Assembly: GCA_050125095.1 (NCBI GenBank)
Contig: JASFEA010000044.1
Coordinates: 1 to 20,502 of the forward strand
Source: a bacterium
Lineage (GTDB): Bacteria; Arandabacterota; Arandabacteria; Arandabacterales; JALGWA01
DNA length: 20,502 nucleotides
Direction of reading: 5' to 3'
Below the pieces are notes generated by a model that worked only from the letters and a program-made list of their open reading frames with translations, did no database searches and was not told the DNA's origin. Positions 1 to 7,308 of this stretch are shown piece by piece (positions within the stretch are counted from its first letter, which is position 1; each line of letters starts with the position of its first letter). The position numbers and the translations under genes were made by a program.

Positions 1-1
1 G

Positions 2-130
2 GCGGCCAAGGCCAAGAAGGCCACCGGGAAGGCGGCCAGGAAAACTGCAAAAAAGACCGCCGGGAAAGCCGCCAGGAAGACCACCAAGAAGGCCGCAAAG
101 AAGACCGCCAAGAAAGCGAAGAAGAAGTAG
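2..130 (+). CDS. 3' end of a gene with a Lys/Ala-rich, histone-H1-like low-complexity C-terminal tail (5' end outside window)
   Basis: Frame 2 reads AAKAKKATGKAARKTAKKTAGKAARKTTKKAAKKTAKKAKKK-stop. TAG at 128-130 overlaps the deoB GTG start (TAGTG). Confidence 0.75.
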   Translation, partial: AAKAKKATGKAARKTAKKTAGKAARKTTKKAAKKTAKKAKKK

Positions 131-1344
131 TGAACCTCGTGTTTAAGCGGGCCCTCCTCATTATTCTCGACGGCGTCGGAATCGGGGCCCTGCCGGACGC
201 GGACCTCTACGGGGACGCCGGAAGCAATACCCTCGGCAACCTGGCCCGCGCCGTGGGCGGGTTCGATCTGTCCAACCTCGCCAGCCTCGGGCTCGGCAAT
301 ATCGCCCCTCTGGAGGGCATGCCCCCGGCCGCCGAACCCCTGGGAGCGTACGGCGTCATGCGGGAGGCCTCGCCGGGCAAAGACTCCACGTCGGGGCACT
401 GGGAGATGACAGGCGTCCAGCTCAAAGCTCCGTTCCCCACCTATCCGGACGGTTTCCCGCCCGAGGTGATGCAGGCCTTCGAGAAAGCTATCGGGAGGGG
501 CACGCTGGGCAACTACGCGGCCTCGGGCACAGTCATCATACAGGACCTGGGCGACGAGCATGTAAGGACGGGAAAGCCAATCGTCTATACCTCCGCCGAC
601 AGCGTGTTCCAGATAGCGGCACATGAAGACGTGATACCCGTCGAAGAGCTCTACGATATGTGCCGGAAGGCGAGAAAGATCCTGGCGGGCAAGCATGCCG
701 TGGGACGCGTGATAGCCCGGCCCTTTGTGGGTTCGAGCGGGAATTATACGCGCACCACCCGCCGCAAGGACTTCTCCTTGGAGCCCATCGACAGAACCCT
801 TCTCGACCTGATGAGCGAGGCCGGCTATGATGTGGTCACGGCGGGCAAGGTGTGTTATCTTTTCGCAAGCCGCGGGGTCACGGAGTCGGTGAAGGCGCCC
901 ACCAACAAGGACGTCACCGACTCGGTCATCTCGCTTCTTGGTGGGGACCAGACAGGACTTCTATTTGCCAATCTCGTGGATTTTGATATGCTCTGGGGGC
1001 ACAGGAACGATGTCGAGGGTTTCTATCGGGGCCTCAGGGAATTCGACAGGAGGTTGCCCGAGATCATGTCGGCCATGCGCGATGACGATGTGCTCTTCAT
1101 AACGGCCGATCATGGCAATGACCCGACGACGCCGAGCACCGATCACTCGCGCGAGCAGGTGCCGGTGCTGGCATATGGCGCCGGGGTGAGGCCCGGCGTC
1201 GACCTGGGCGTGCGCGCGTCCTTCGCCGACCTGGGCGCGACAATAGCGGAGAACTTCGGCATCGCGCTTAAGGCCGGGAAGAGCTTTCTGAGCGAGATCG
1301 CAGCCTCTCGGGGCCCGGTCGGGGAGTCAGACAATGACGGATAA
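130..1344 (+). CDS. deoB: Phosphopentomutase
   Basis: Motifs LDGVGIG, GKDSTSGHWE, YTSADSVFQIAAHE, NLVDFDMLWGHRND, TADHGNDP and DHSRE; 404 aa; deo context. Confidence 0.96.
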   Translation: MNLVFKRALLIILDGVGIGALPDADLYGDAGSNTLGNLARAVGGFDLSNLASLGLGNIAPLEGMPPAAEPLGAYGVMREASPGKDSTSGHWEMTGVQLKAPFPTYPDGFPPEVMQAFEKAIGRGTLGNYAASGTVIIQDLGDEHVRTGKPIVYTSADSVFQIAAHEDVIPVEELYDMCRKARKILAGKHAVGRVIARPFVGSSGNYTRTTRRKDFSLEPIDRTLLDLMSEAGYDVVTAGKVCYLFASRGVTESVKAPTNKDVTDSVISLLGGDQTGLLFANLVDFDMLWGHRNDVEGFYRGLREFDRRLPEIMSAMRDDDVLFITADHGNDPTTPSTDHSREQVPVLAYGAGVRPGVDLGVRASFADLGATIAENFGIALKAGKSFLSEIAASRGPVGESDNDG

Positions 1345-1714
1345 GGAGCTCCTGGAGAAGGCGATAGAGGCCAGGGCCAGGGCCTACGCCCCCTATTCCG
1401 AGTACCATGTGGGCGCGGCGGCGCTGGCGGCGAGCGGCAAGGTCTACACCGGCGCCAATGTCGAGAACCGATCCTACGGCCTCACAGTATGCGCCGAGCG
1501 GAACGCCATATTCGCGGCCGTGGCAGCGGGGGAGAGGAATATAGTCAAGGTGGCGATCGTCGCCGACGGGAAGCGCGTGCCGCTTCCATGCGGGGCATGT
1601 CTGCAGGTGATGGAGGAGTTCGGCGTCAATGAGGTGGTCGTGGGAAGGCCGGACGGAACGTTCGAGACACATGCATTCGCGGACCTCCTGCCCAGGCCCT
1701 TCACCTGGGAATGA
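1334..1714 (+). CDS. cdd: Cytidine deaminase, homotetrameric type
   Basis: AYAPYS, GANVEN, zinc motifs CAE and PCGAC, C-terminal LLP.PF; SD GGAG upstream; 126 aa. Confidence 0.96.
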   Translation: MTDKELLEKAIEARARAYAPYSEYHVGAAALAASGKVYTGANVENRSYGLTVCAERNAIFAAVAAGERNIVKVAIVADGKRVPLPCGACLQVMEEFGVNEVVVGRPDGTFETHAFADLLPRPFTWE

Positions 1715-1752
1715 GGGGGGCGCGTCGCTAATCGCCGGGAGGCCCTCAGGTT

Positions 1753-1852
1753 GAGTCGCATAGACAGAGTCGCATAGACGGGAGTAACGTAGACAGGATT
1801 CGCATGGATAGAGTCGTGGTCATTGAGGCGTATAGATAGAGGCGCGTAGATA
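1753..1852 (+). repeat. Degenerate 14-15 bp tandem repeat, 7 units, consensus about GAGTCGCATAGAYA
   Basis: Units start at 1753, 1767, 1782, 1797, 1811, 1825 and 1839. The last unit ends at the rpiB ATG and supplies a GAGG SD. Confidence 0.8.
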
Positions 1853-2440
1853 ATGGATGAGGATATCACCAGGCGGGTGGCAGAGAAGGTAAAGCAGGTG
1901 CTCGGGGAGAAGGAGACCGTACGCCTAGAGGCGCCGGCCCGGAGGCCTGAGGAGCGAGTGCCGGGCGGTGGGGCTTCCCCGCTCAAGGTGGCCATAGGCT
2001 CGGACCACAGGGGATTCACGCTCAAGACCCAGCTCGCAGAGTACATGGCCGAACTCGGCCATTCCGTGGTCGACTGCGGCATGAAGGAAGGCGAGCCCAG
2101 GGACTATCCCGACATAGCGCTCGCCGTCGCGGAGAAGGTGGCCCGGGGCCTCTGCGACCGCGGCGTTCTCATAGACATGGTGGGGGTGGGCTCGGCCATT
2201 GCCGCCAATAAGATAAAGGGCATAAGGGCCGGTACATGCTATGACGTCGAGGCGGCCAGGTCGAGCAGGCTCCACAATGACGCCAATGTGCTGGTTCTCG
2301 GCTCATCCTTTGTCAACCGCGGGCTCGCCCGCCGCATGGTCCGCATCTGGCTGGAGACGCCCTTCGAGGGCGGCCGCCACCAGAAACGCGTGGATAAGAT
2401 AGCCAGGCTGGAGAGGGAAGGCCTTGACACAAGATTTTGA
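1853..2440 (+). CDS. rpiB: RpiB/LacA/LacB-family sugar-phosphate isomerase with N-terminal extension
   Basis: [41 protein letters not shown]; about 43 extra N-terminal aa; atypical IDMVGVGS loop. Confidence 0.88.
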   Translation: MDEDITRRVAEKVKQVLGEKETVRLEAPARRPEERVPGGGASPLKVAIGSDHRGFTLKTQLAEYMAELGHSVVDCGMKEGEPRDYPDIALAVAEKVARGLCDRGVLIDMVGVGSAIAANKIKGIRAGTCYDVEAARSSRLHNDANVLVLGSSFVNRGLARRMVRIWLETPFEGGRHQKRVDKIARLEREGLDTRF

Positions 2441-3281
2441 GAGAATAGTCGAGGAAGTCGTCCAGCAGGTGCTCAAGAAACTGGGCGACGAACGGCGGCT
2501 CACGGAGGGAGAGGGCGAATGCGCCGTATGCGTGCTGTGCGGGCAATGCGCCGACAAGGTGCCCGAGGTCGTGGGCAAGATCAAGGACGCCGGCGCGACC
2601 AGGATCTCGTGTACGCCGGGCGTAACCAATGTACGCAAGGACATCGCCCCCCTGATCGACCATACCCTGCTTAAGCCGGACGCCACGCAGGCCCAGGTTG
2701 CGCAACTGTGTTGCGAGGCCCGCGAGCTCAATTTCGCCTCCGTATGCGTGAATCCGGCTTACGTGAAGCAGGCGGCGAGTTTACTTGAAGGGACGGGTGT
2801 CGTAACGTGTTCGGTCGTCGGATTCCCACTGGGGGCCTCTAAGAGGGAAATAAAGGCATACGAGGCGCGAAGGGCGGTGCTCGACGGCGCGCGTGAAATC
2901 GATATGGTGATGAACGTGGGCGCCATGAAGTCGGGCGACTACAAGCTGGTGGAGGATGACATGTCGGCCGTGCGCGAGGCCTGCGGACGCAACGTGGTGC
3001 TCAAGGTGATTATAGAGACGGCGCTGCTCACCGATGAGGAAAAGGTGAAAGCTTGTGAGATAGCGAAAAAAGTCGGCGTGGACTTCGTCAAGACCTCGAC
3101 GGGCTTCGGCCCGGGCGGCGCCACCGTGGAAGATGTCAGGCTCATGCGCAGCGTCGTGGGAGCCGAAATGGGAGTTAAGGCTTCGGGCGGCATAAGGGAC
3201 ACCGAGGCCGCGGAGCAGATGATCGCGGCGGGCGCCTCCAGAATAGGGGCGAGCGCCAGCGTCAAGATCGTGAGCGCCTGA
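2424..3281 (+). CDS. deoC: Deoxyribose-phosphate aldolase (DERA) with N-terminal helix and Cys-rich extension
   Basis: [34 protein letters not shown], Schiff-base KTSTGF, KASGGIR, RIGAS; TTG start after purine-rich GGAGAGGGA, overlapping the rpiB end. Confidence 0.95.
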   Translation: MTQDFERIVEEVVQQVLKKLGDERRLTEGEGECAVCVLCGQCADKVPEVVGKIKDAGATRISCTPGVTNVRKDIAPLIDHTLLKPDATQAQVAQLCCEARELNFASVCVNPAYVKQAASLLEGTGVVTCSVVGFPLGASKREIKAYEARRAVLDGAREIDMVMNVGAMKSGDYKLVEDDMSAVREACGRNVVLKVIIETALLTDEEKVKACEIAKKVGVDFVKTSTGFGPGGATVEDVRLMRSVVGAEMGVKASGGIRDTEAAEQMIAAGASRIGASASVKIVSA

Positions 3282-3350
3282 TCGCGGGCGCGGTCGGCGC
3301 CTGACCCTTGCCTGACCGGCGCGCGTCCTGCGCACAGATAGCGACGGAAG

Positions 3351-4706
3351 ATGAAACATCTCGAATACTCACCCGTTGATATAATCGCCAGGAAGCAGGC
3401 CGGCGGGCGCCTCTCCACGGACGAGATCCGCTGGTTCGTCGCAAATACCACCTCCGGGCGCGTGCCCGATTACCAGCTCTCGGCGCTTCTCATGGCCATA
3501 TATTTCCGCGGCATGAATCTCAAGGAGACGCGCGACCTTACAGAGGCAATGGTCGACTCGGGCGAAGTGCTGAGGCTCAAGAGCGTCAGGGGAATCCGCG
3601 TGGACAAGCATTCGACCGGAGGGGTGGGGGATAAGATATCGCTCATCGTGGGTCCGCTGGTGGCGGCGGTAGGCGTTAAGGTGCCCATGGTGTCGGGCAG
3701 GGGCCTCGGCCATACGGGGGGTACGCTGGACAAGCTGGAGGCCATCCCGGGCTTCAAGACGGCCCTTACGCCCGCCAGGTTCGAGCGCGTTGTGAAGGAC
3801 GTGGGCATATCGATCATAGGCCAGTCGGGCCGCATCGCTCCGGCTGACCGCAAGTTCTACGCAGTGCGTGACGTGACTTCCACCATCAGGTGCCAGCCCC
3901 TTATCGTGGGCAGCATACTGAGCAAGAAGATAGCCTCGGGCGCGGATGCGGTCGTCTTCGACATCAAGTGCGGCAAGGGCGCCTTCATGGAGACGCTGGC
4001 CGATGCCAGGTCCCTCTCTGTCATGCTGTCCAGGGTGGCCGCCATGATGGGCAAGAAGGTCGTCTCGGTTGTGACCCGCATGGACGAACCGCTGGGGAGT
4101 ACCGTCGGCAATGCCCTTGAGGTGAGGGAGTCCATCCAGGTTCTCAAGGGCAAGCATGTGGGGGATCTCCTTGACGTGACCTTCGCGCTGGGCGCCGAGA
4201 TGGTGCTCCTGGCGGGCAAGGCCAAGACGCGTGGAGAGGCGCAGACGCTCCTGCGTAGCGCGCTTCTGGGCGGCAAGGGCTTTGAGAAACTCAAGCAGAT
4301 GGTGCGTGCCCAGGGCGGCGACACCCGTGCCATCGACGATCCTGACCGGCTCCCGCGGGCGCGGTATCACTTGAACGCGGTAGCCCGGCGGCGCGGCTAC
4401 ATAAAGGGCATTGACGCGCTGGAAGTCGGAAGGATAGCCACGCTCCTGGGGGCTGGGCGACTCCGCAAGGAAGACGACGTGGACCACGCGGTGGGGATAG
4501 AGTTTCTGAAGAAGACCGGAGCCAAGGTCGCCAGGGGAGAGACGGTCGCCGTCATTCATGCCTCCAGCCGCTCGCGCGGCAGGCGCTGCGCCGGACTTCT
4601 GGAAGAGGTCATCGAGATAGGCTCCGCGCGCGCGAGGCCGCGGTCAGTGGTACTCGGGCGTGTGCACGCTGGTAGAATCGAGAAGATCCGCCTGGTCGAA
4701 GACTGA
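3351..4706 (+). CDS. pdp: Pyrimidine-nucleoside/thymidine phosphorylase
   Basis: VDKHSTGGVGDK, SGRGLGHTGGTLDKLE, SILSKK, GNALEV, LGAGR; 451 aa. Confidence 0.93.
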   Translation: MKHLEYSPVDIIARKQAGGRLSTDEIRWFVANTTSGRVPDYQLSALLMAIYFRGMNLKETRDLTEAMVDSGEVLRLKSVRGIRVDKHSTGGVGDKISLIVGPLVAAVGVKVPMVSGRGLGHTGGTLDKLEAIPGFKTALTPARFERVVKDVGISIIGQSGRIAPADRKFYAVRDVTSTIRCQPLIVGSILSKKIASGADAVVFDIKCGKGAFMETLADARSLSVMLSRVAAMMGKKVVSVVTRMDEPLGSTVGNALEVRESIQVLKGKHVGDLLDVTFALGAEMVLLAGKAKTRGEAQTLLRSALLGGKGFEKLKQMVRAQGGDTRAIDDPDRLPRARYHLNAVARRRGYIKGIDALEVGRIATLLGAGRLRKEDDVDHAVGIEFLKKTGAKVARGETVAVIHASSRSRGRRCAGLLEEVIEIGSARARPRSVVLGRVHAGRIEKIRLVED

Positions 4707-6704
4707 CCTTTCGTAGTGCTTGTTGCACATCCTCAAGGGCTCGGTCCCGCTCACGAAAACCTCCGCATGGGGACTGGGGCAGTTCGCCGTGGCCAGGAGC
4801 CCCGTCTCTTCACATACTTCCCGCACCACTATGCCATGCGGCGTCGGAAACGGCCTGTCCGGATAGGCCTCGAGTGCGGTCTTCATGAAGTTGACCCAAA
4901 TCGGCAGCGCCACGCGCGCGCCCTCCTGGCCCTCGCCCATTGTCTGCTTGGCGTCGAAGCCAACCCATACGCCGGCTACTATGTCGGGCGAATAGCCCAC
5001 AAACCAGGCGTCGGTGTATTCGTCCGTGGTGCCGGTCTTGCCGGCCACGGTGTTGGTAAGCCCCCTCCATTTGACCGAAGCCCCGGTCCCATAGTCGACC
5101 ACGCTCTCGAGCATGTCGGTGACGACATAAGCCGTCTGGGCGTTCAGCACCTCGGTCTTCACGGGGTTGTTCCGCTCGAGCACCTCGCCGTCGCGCGTCT
5201 CTATCCTTATGATGGTCATGGGCTCGGCCCTTATGCCTGAGGCCGCGAGCACCCCGATGGCGGAGGTGAGTTCGAGGAGGGTGACCTCGAAGGAGCCCAG
5301 CGCGATCGACCGGTAGGGGCGCAGGCGGCTCGATATGCCCATGCGCTGGGAGTAGTCCACCACCGTCTGCTGGCCGAGGCGGTCGGCGAGCTTAATCGCC
5401 GGAATATTGATGGACTTGGCCAGGGCGTAGCGCAGCGAGACCGGCCCGAAGTACTTGTCCTTGTAGTTCTTGGGCCGCCACTGGCTGCCGTCTGGCATAT
5501 CCACCACCATGGGATCGTCCATAATTATGTCAGCCGGCGTGTAGCCGTTGTCTATGGCCGCCGTGTAGACGAATACCTTGAAAGCCGAACCCGGTTGGCG
5601 TAGTGACTGGGTGGCCCGGTTCCAGTTGCTCTCGATGTAGTCGCGTCCCCCCACCATCGCGAGCACGTAGCCGGTGGATGGGTCGATGGCAATGAGCGCA
5701 CCCTGTATGTAATCGGTCTGGACGGCATCATCGGGGGTGGCCTCGATGCCCATGGTGTCGCGAACGACGTAGTCGAATGCGCCTTCCAGGCGGCGCAGGT
5801 GATCTTCCACGGCCTTTTCGGCGGCTATCTGCATGTCGAGGTTCAGGGTGGTGTAGACGCGGAGGCCCTCCCGGTATATCGCGCTGGCGCCGTAGTCATG
5901 CTCGAGCTTGCGCCGGACGTGCTCGGCGAAATAGGCGCCCGGCTCGGCCTTCTCGCGTTCGACGAGGACTATGGTGTCGGCCTTTGCCTCGGCGGCCTCG
6001 GCAGCGGTTATCATGCCCATCTCGTTCATGGACCGGAGGACTATGGCCTGGCGCTTCTTGGCGACGTCGAAGTGTCTCCGCGGAGAGTAGGCGTAGGGAT
6101 TGCGGGGGAGCCCCGCGAGCAGCGCCGACTCGGCCAGGGTGAGGTCGCTCGCCGGCTTGCCGAACAGGTGCCGCGCGGCGGCCTCCACACCGTAGGCGCC
6201 GTCGCCGAAGTATATCTGGTTGAGATACATCTGAAGAATCTCATCCTTGGTGTAATGGCGTTCGATCCTGACGGCGACTATGGCTTCCTTGATCTTGCGC
6301 GTAAGCGTCTGTTCCTGGGTGAGGAAGAGATTCCGGGCGAGCTGCTGCGTGATGGTGCTCGCCCCGCGGACGATACGCCTGGCCACTATATCCTCGTAAA
6401 GCGCCTTTCCTATGGCCAGCATATTGAGGCCCCAGTGCTGGTAGAACCTCCTGTCCTCGACTGCGATGAAAGCGTTTATGACATGCTGGGGGACCTCATC
6501 CAGGGAGACTATGACGCGGTCCTGCTCGTAGAAAGACTTTATGGGCTTGCCGTTTATGTCGTAAAGCACCGTGCGGATCCAGGGCTTAACGTCCATGAGA
6601 TCGTCGGTGGAGGGGAGGTCGCGCGAGAAGTAGGAATACAGGACGATGCCCCCGACCACCACGAAACAGGCTGCGATCGCAACGGCAACCGTTTTCCTTC
6701 TCAA
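4644..6704 (-). CDS. Class A penicillin-binding protein (PBP1A family, transglycosylase plus transpeptidase)
   Basis: N-terminal TM anchor; GT51 motifs EDRRFYQHWG, GASTITQQL, RKIKE, KDEILQMYLN; transpeptidase motifs SAFK, SIN, KTG; TTG start with SD AAGGAGG. Confidence 0.95.
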   Translation of the reverse strand: MRRKTVAVAIAACFVVVGGIVLYSYFSRDLPSTDDLMDVKPWIRTVLYDINGKPIKSFYEQDRVIVSLDEVPQHVINAFIAVEDRRFYQHWGLNMLAIGKALYEDIVARRIVRGASTITQQLARNLFLTQEQTLTRKIKEAIVAVRIERHYTKDEILQMYLNQIYFGDGAYGVEAAARHLFGKPASDLTLAESALLAGLPRNPYAYSPRRHFDVAKKRQAIVLRSMNEMGMITAAEAAEAKADTIVLVEREKAEPGAYFAEHVRRKLEHDYGASAIYREGLRVYTTLNLDMQIAAEKAVEDHLRRLEGAFDYVVRDTMGIEATPDDAVQTDYIQGALIAIDPSTGYVLAMVGGRDYIESNWNRATQSLRQPGSAFKVFVYTAAIDNGYTPADIIMDDPMVVDMPDGSQWRPKNYKDKYFGPVSLRYALAKSINIPAIKLADRLGQQTVVDYSQRMGISSRLRPYRSIALGSFEVTLLELTSAIGVLAASGIRAEPMTIIRIETRDGEVLERNNPVKTEVLNAQTAYVVTDMLESVVDYGTGASVKWRGLTNTVAGKTGTTDEYTDAWFVGYSPDIVAGVWVGFDAKQTMGEGQEGARVALPIWVNFMKTALEAYPDRPFPTPHGIVVREVCEETGLLATANCPSPHAEVFVSGTEPLRMCNKHYERSVFDQADLLDSTSVHTPEYH

Positions 6705-6736
6705 TACACAACCTCCTTGTTCGCCCCTTCAGACGG

Positions 6737-6765
6737 AATGTATATCATAATCCGGCCCACTTCAA
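6737..6765 (-). promoter_or_regulatory. Putative sigma70 promoter for the PBP1A gene
   Basis: Minus strand TTGAAG (6765-6760), 17 bp spacer, TACATT (6742-6737). Confidence 0.55.
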
Positions 6766-6795
6766 GTCTGAAGGGGTCCCATATGGGTCCCATAT

Positions 6796-7250
6796 GGGGT
6801 CAGGTCTCAAAATGCACAAACTGACGGGGTCAGGTCTTGAAATGCACAGTCGGATGTTTGGCGCCCGGGCCTCTGAGGAAGGGCGCTTTCTCATCCCCCG
6901 GACCGCGTCAGCGGCGTTTGCGTTATCCGCCCCTCTTGCGGCGCCAACTTGGCTCCTTGCTGCCGCTGCGAGGTCCGGGGGCAATCTCATTGTCTTATCT
7001 CCTTGTACCGGCCCGGGCGCCATATCGTTCCCCGCTCCTCTTCCGCTTCCCGGGGGATTAGACGCCGGCGGCCCCGCTTTGCCCACACAAAAACGCCGGG
7101 CGCGCCCGGGGCGTTAGGGCGCACGCAGTTGTGGCGTGAGCCGGCATCCGCCCCTCGGGGACTCCAGGGCCCGAACCCAGGAGCATGTGCATTTCAAGAC
7201 CTGACCCCAGGTGTGACCCTAGGTGACTGTGCATTTCAAGACCTGACCCC
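6796..7250. repeat. REP/MITE-like element: two 23-bp repeats on the left in inverted orientation to two on the right
   Basis: GGGGTCAGGTCTYRAAATGCACA at 6796-6818 and 6826-6848; reverse complement at 7186-7208 and 7228-7250; 6826-6851 is a perfect 26-bp inverted repeat of 7225-7250. Confidence 0.85.
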
Positions 7251-7257
7251 AAGGGGC

Positions 7258-7286
7258 TTGACCGGGGGTGGCCGGCGTGTTACCTT
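7258..7286 (+). promoter_or_regulatory. Putative sigma70 promoter for tyrS
   Basis: TTGACC, 17 bp spacer, TACCTT with extended -10 TG; SD GGGAGG at 7298-7303. Confidence 0.6.
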
Positions 7287-7308
7287 GCTTTCTAACCGGG
7301 AGGATCCC

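Noticed and set aside
1753-1852. Mini-CRISPR interpretation of the 14-bp repeats
   Set aside because: The units are contiguous, too short and have no unique spacers.
207-6824. Long antisense or alternate-frame ORFs over deoB, deoC, pdp and the PBP1A gene (e.g. 3369-4559, 5799-6824)
   Set aside because: Shadow ORFs expected from high-GC codon bias; no recognisable motifs.
6859-7022. Assignment of the long hairpin as 6S RNA, SRP RNA or tmRNA
   Set aside because: The size and shape suggest 6S, but I could not identify diagnostic motifs or a dedicated promoter; left as an unassigned structure.
6949-7308. 120-aa N-terminal extension of TyrS in the ORF track
   Set aside because: It runs through the repeats (CAFQDLTP twice); a promoter and SD point to TTG 7309.
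7020-7308. T-box riboswitch upstream of tyrS
   Set aside because: GGGGGTGGCCGGCG only loosely resembles the T-box and is the promoter spacer; there is no terminator or specifier stem, and the leader is too short.
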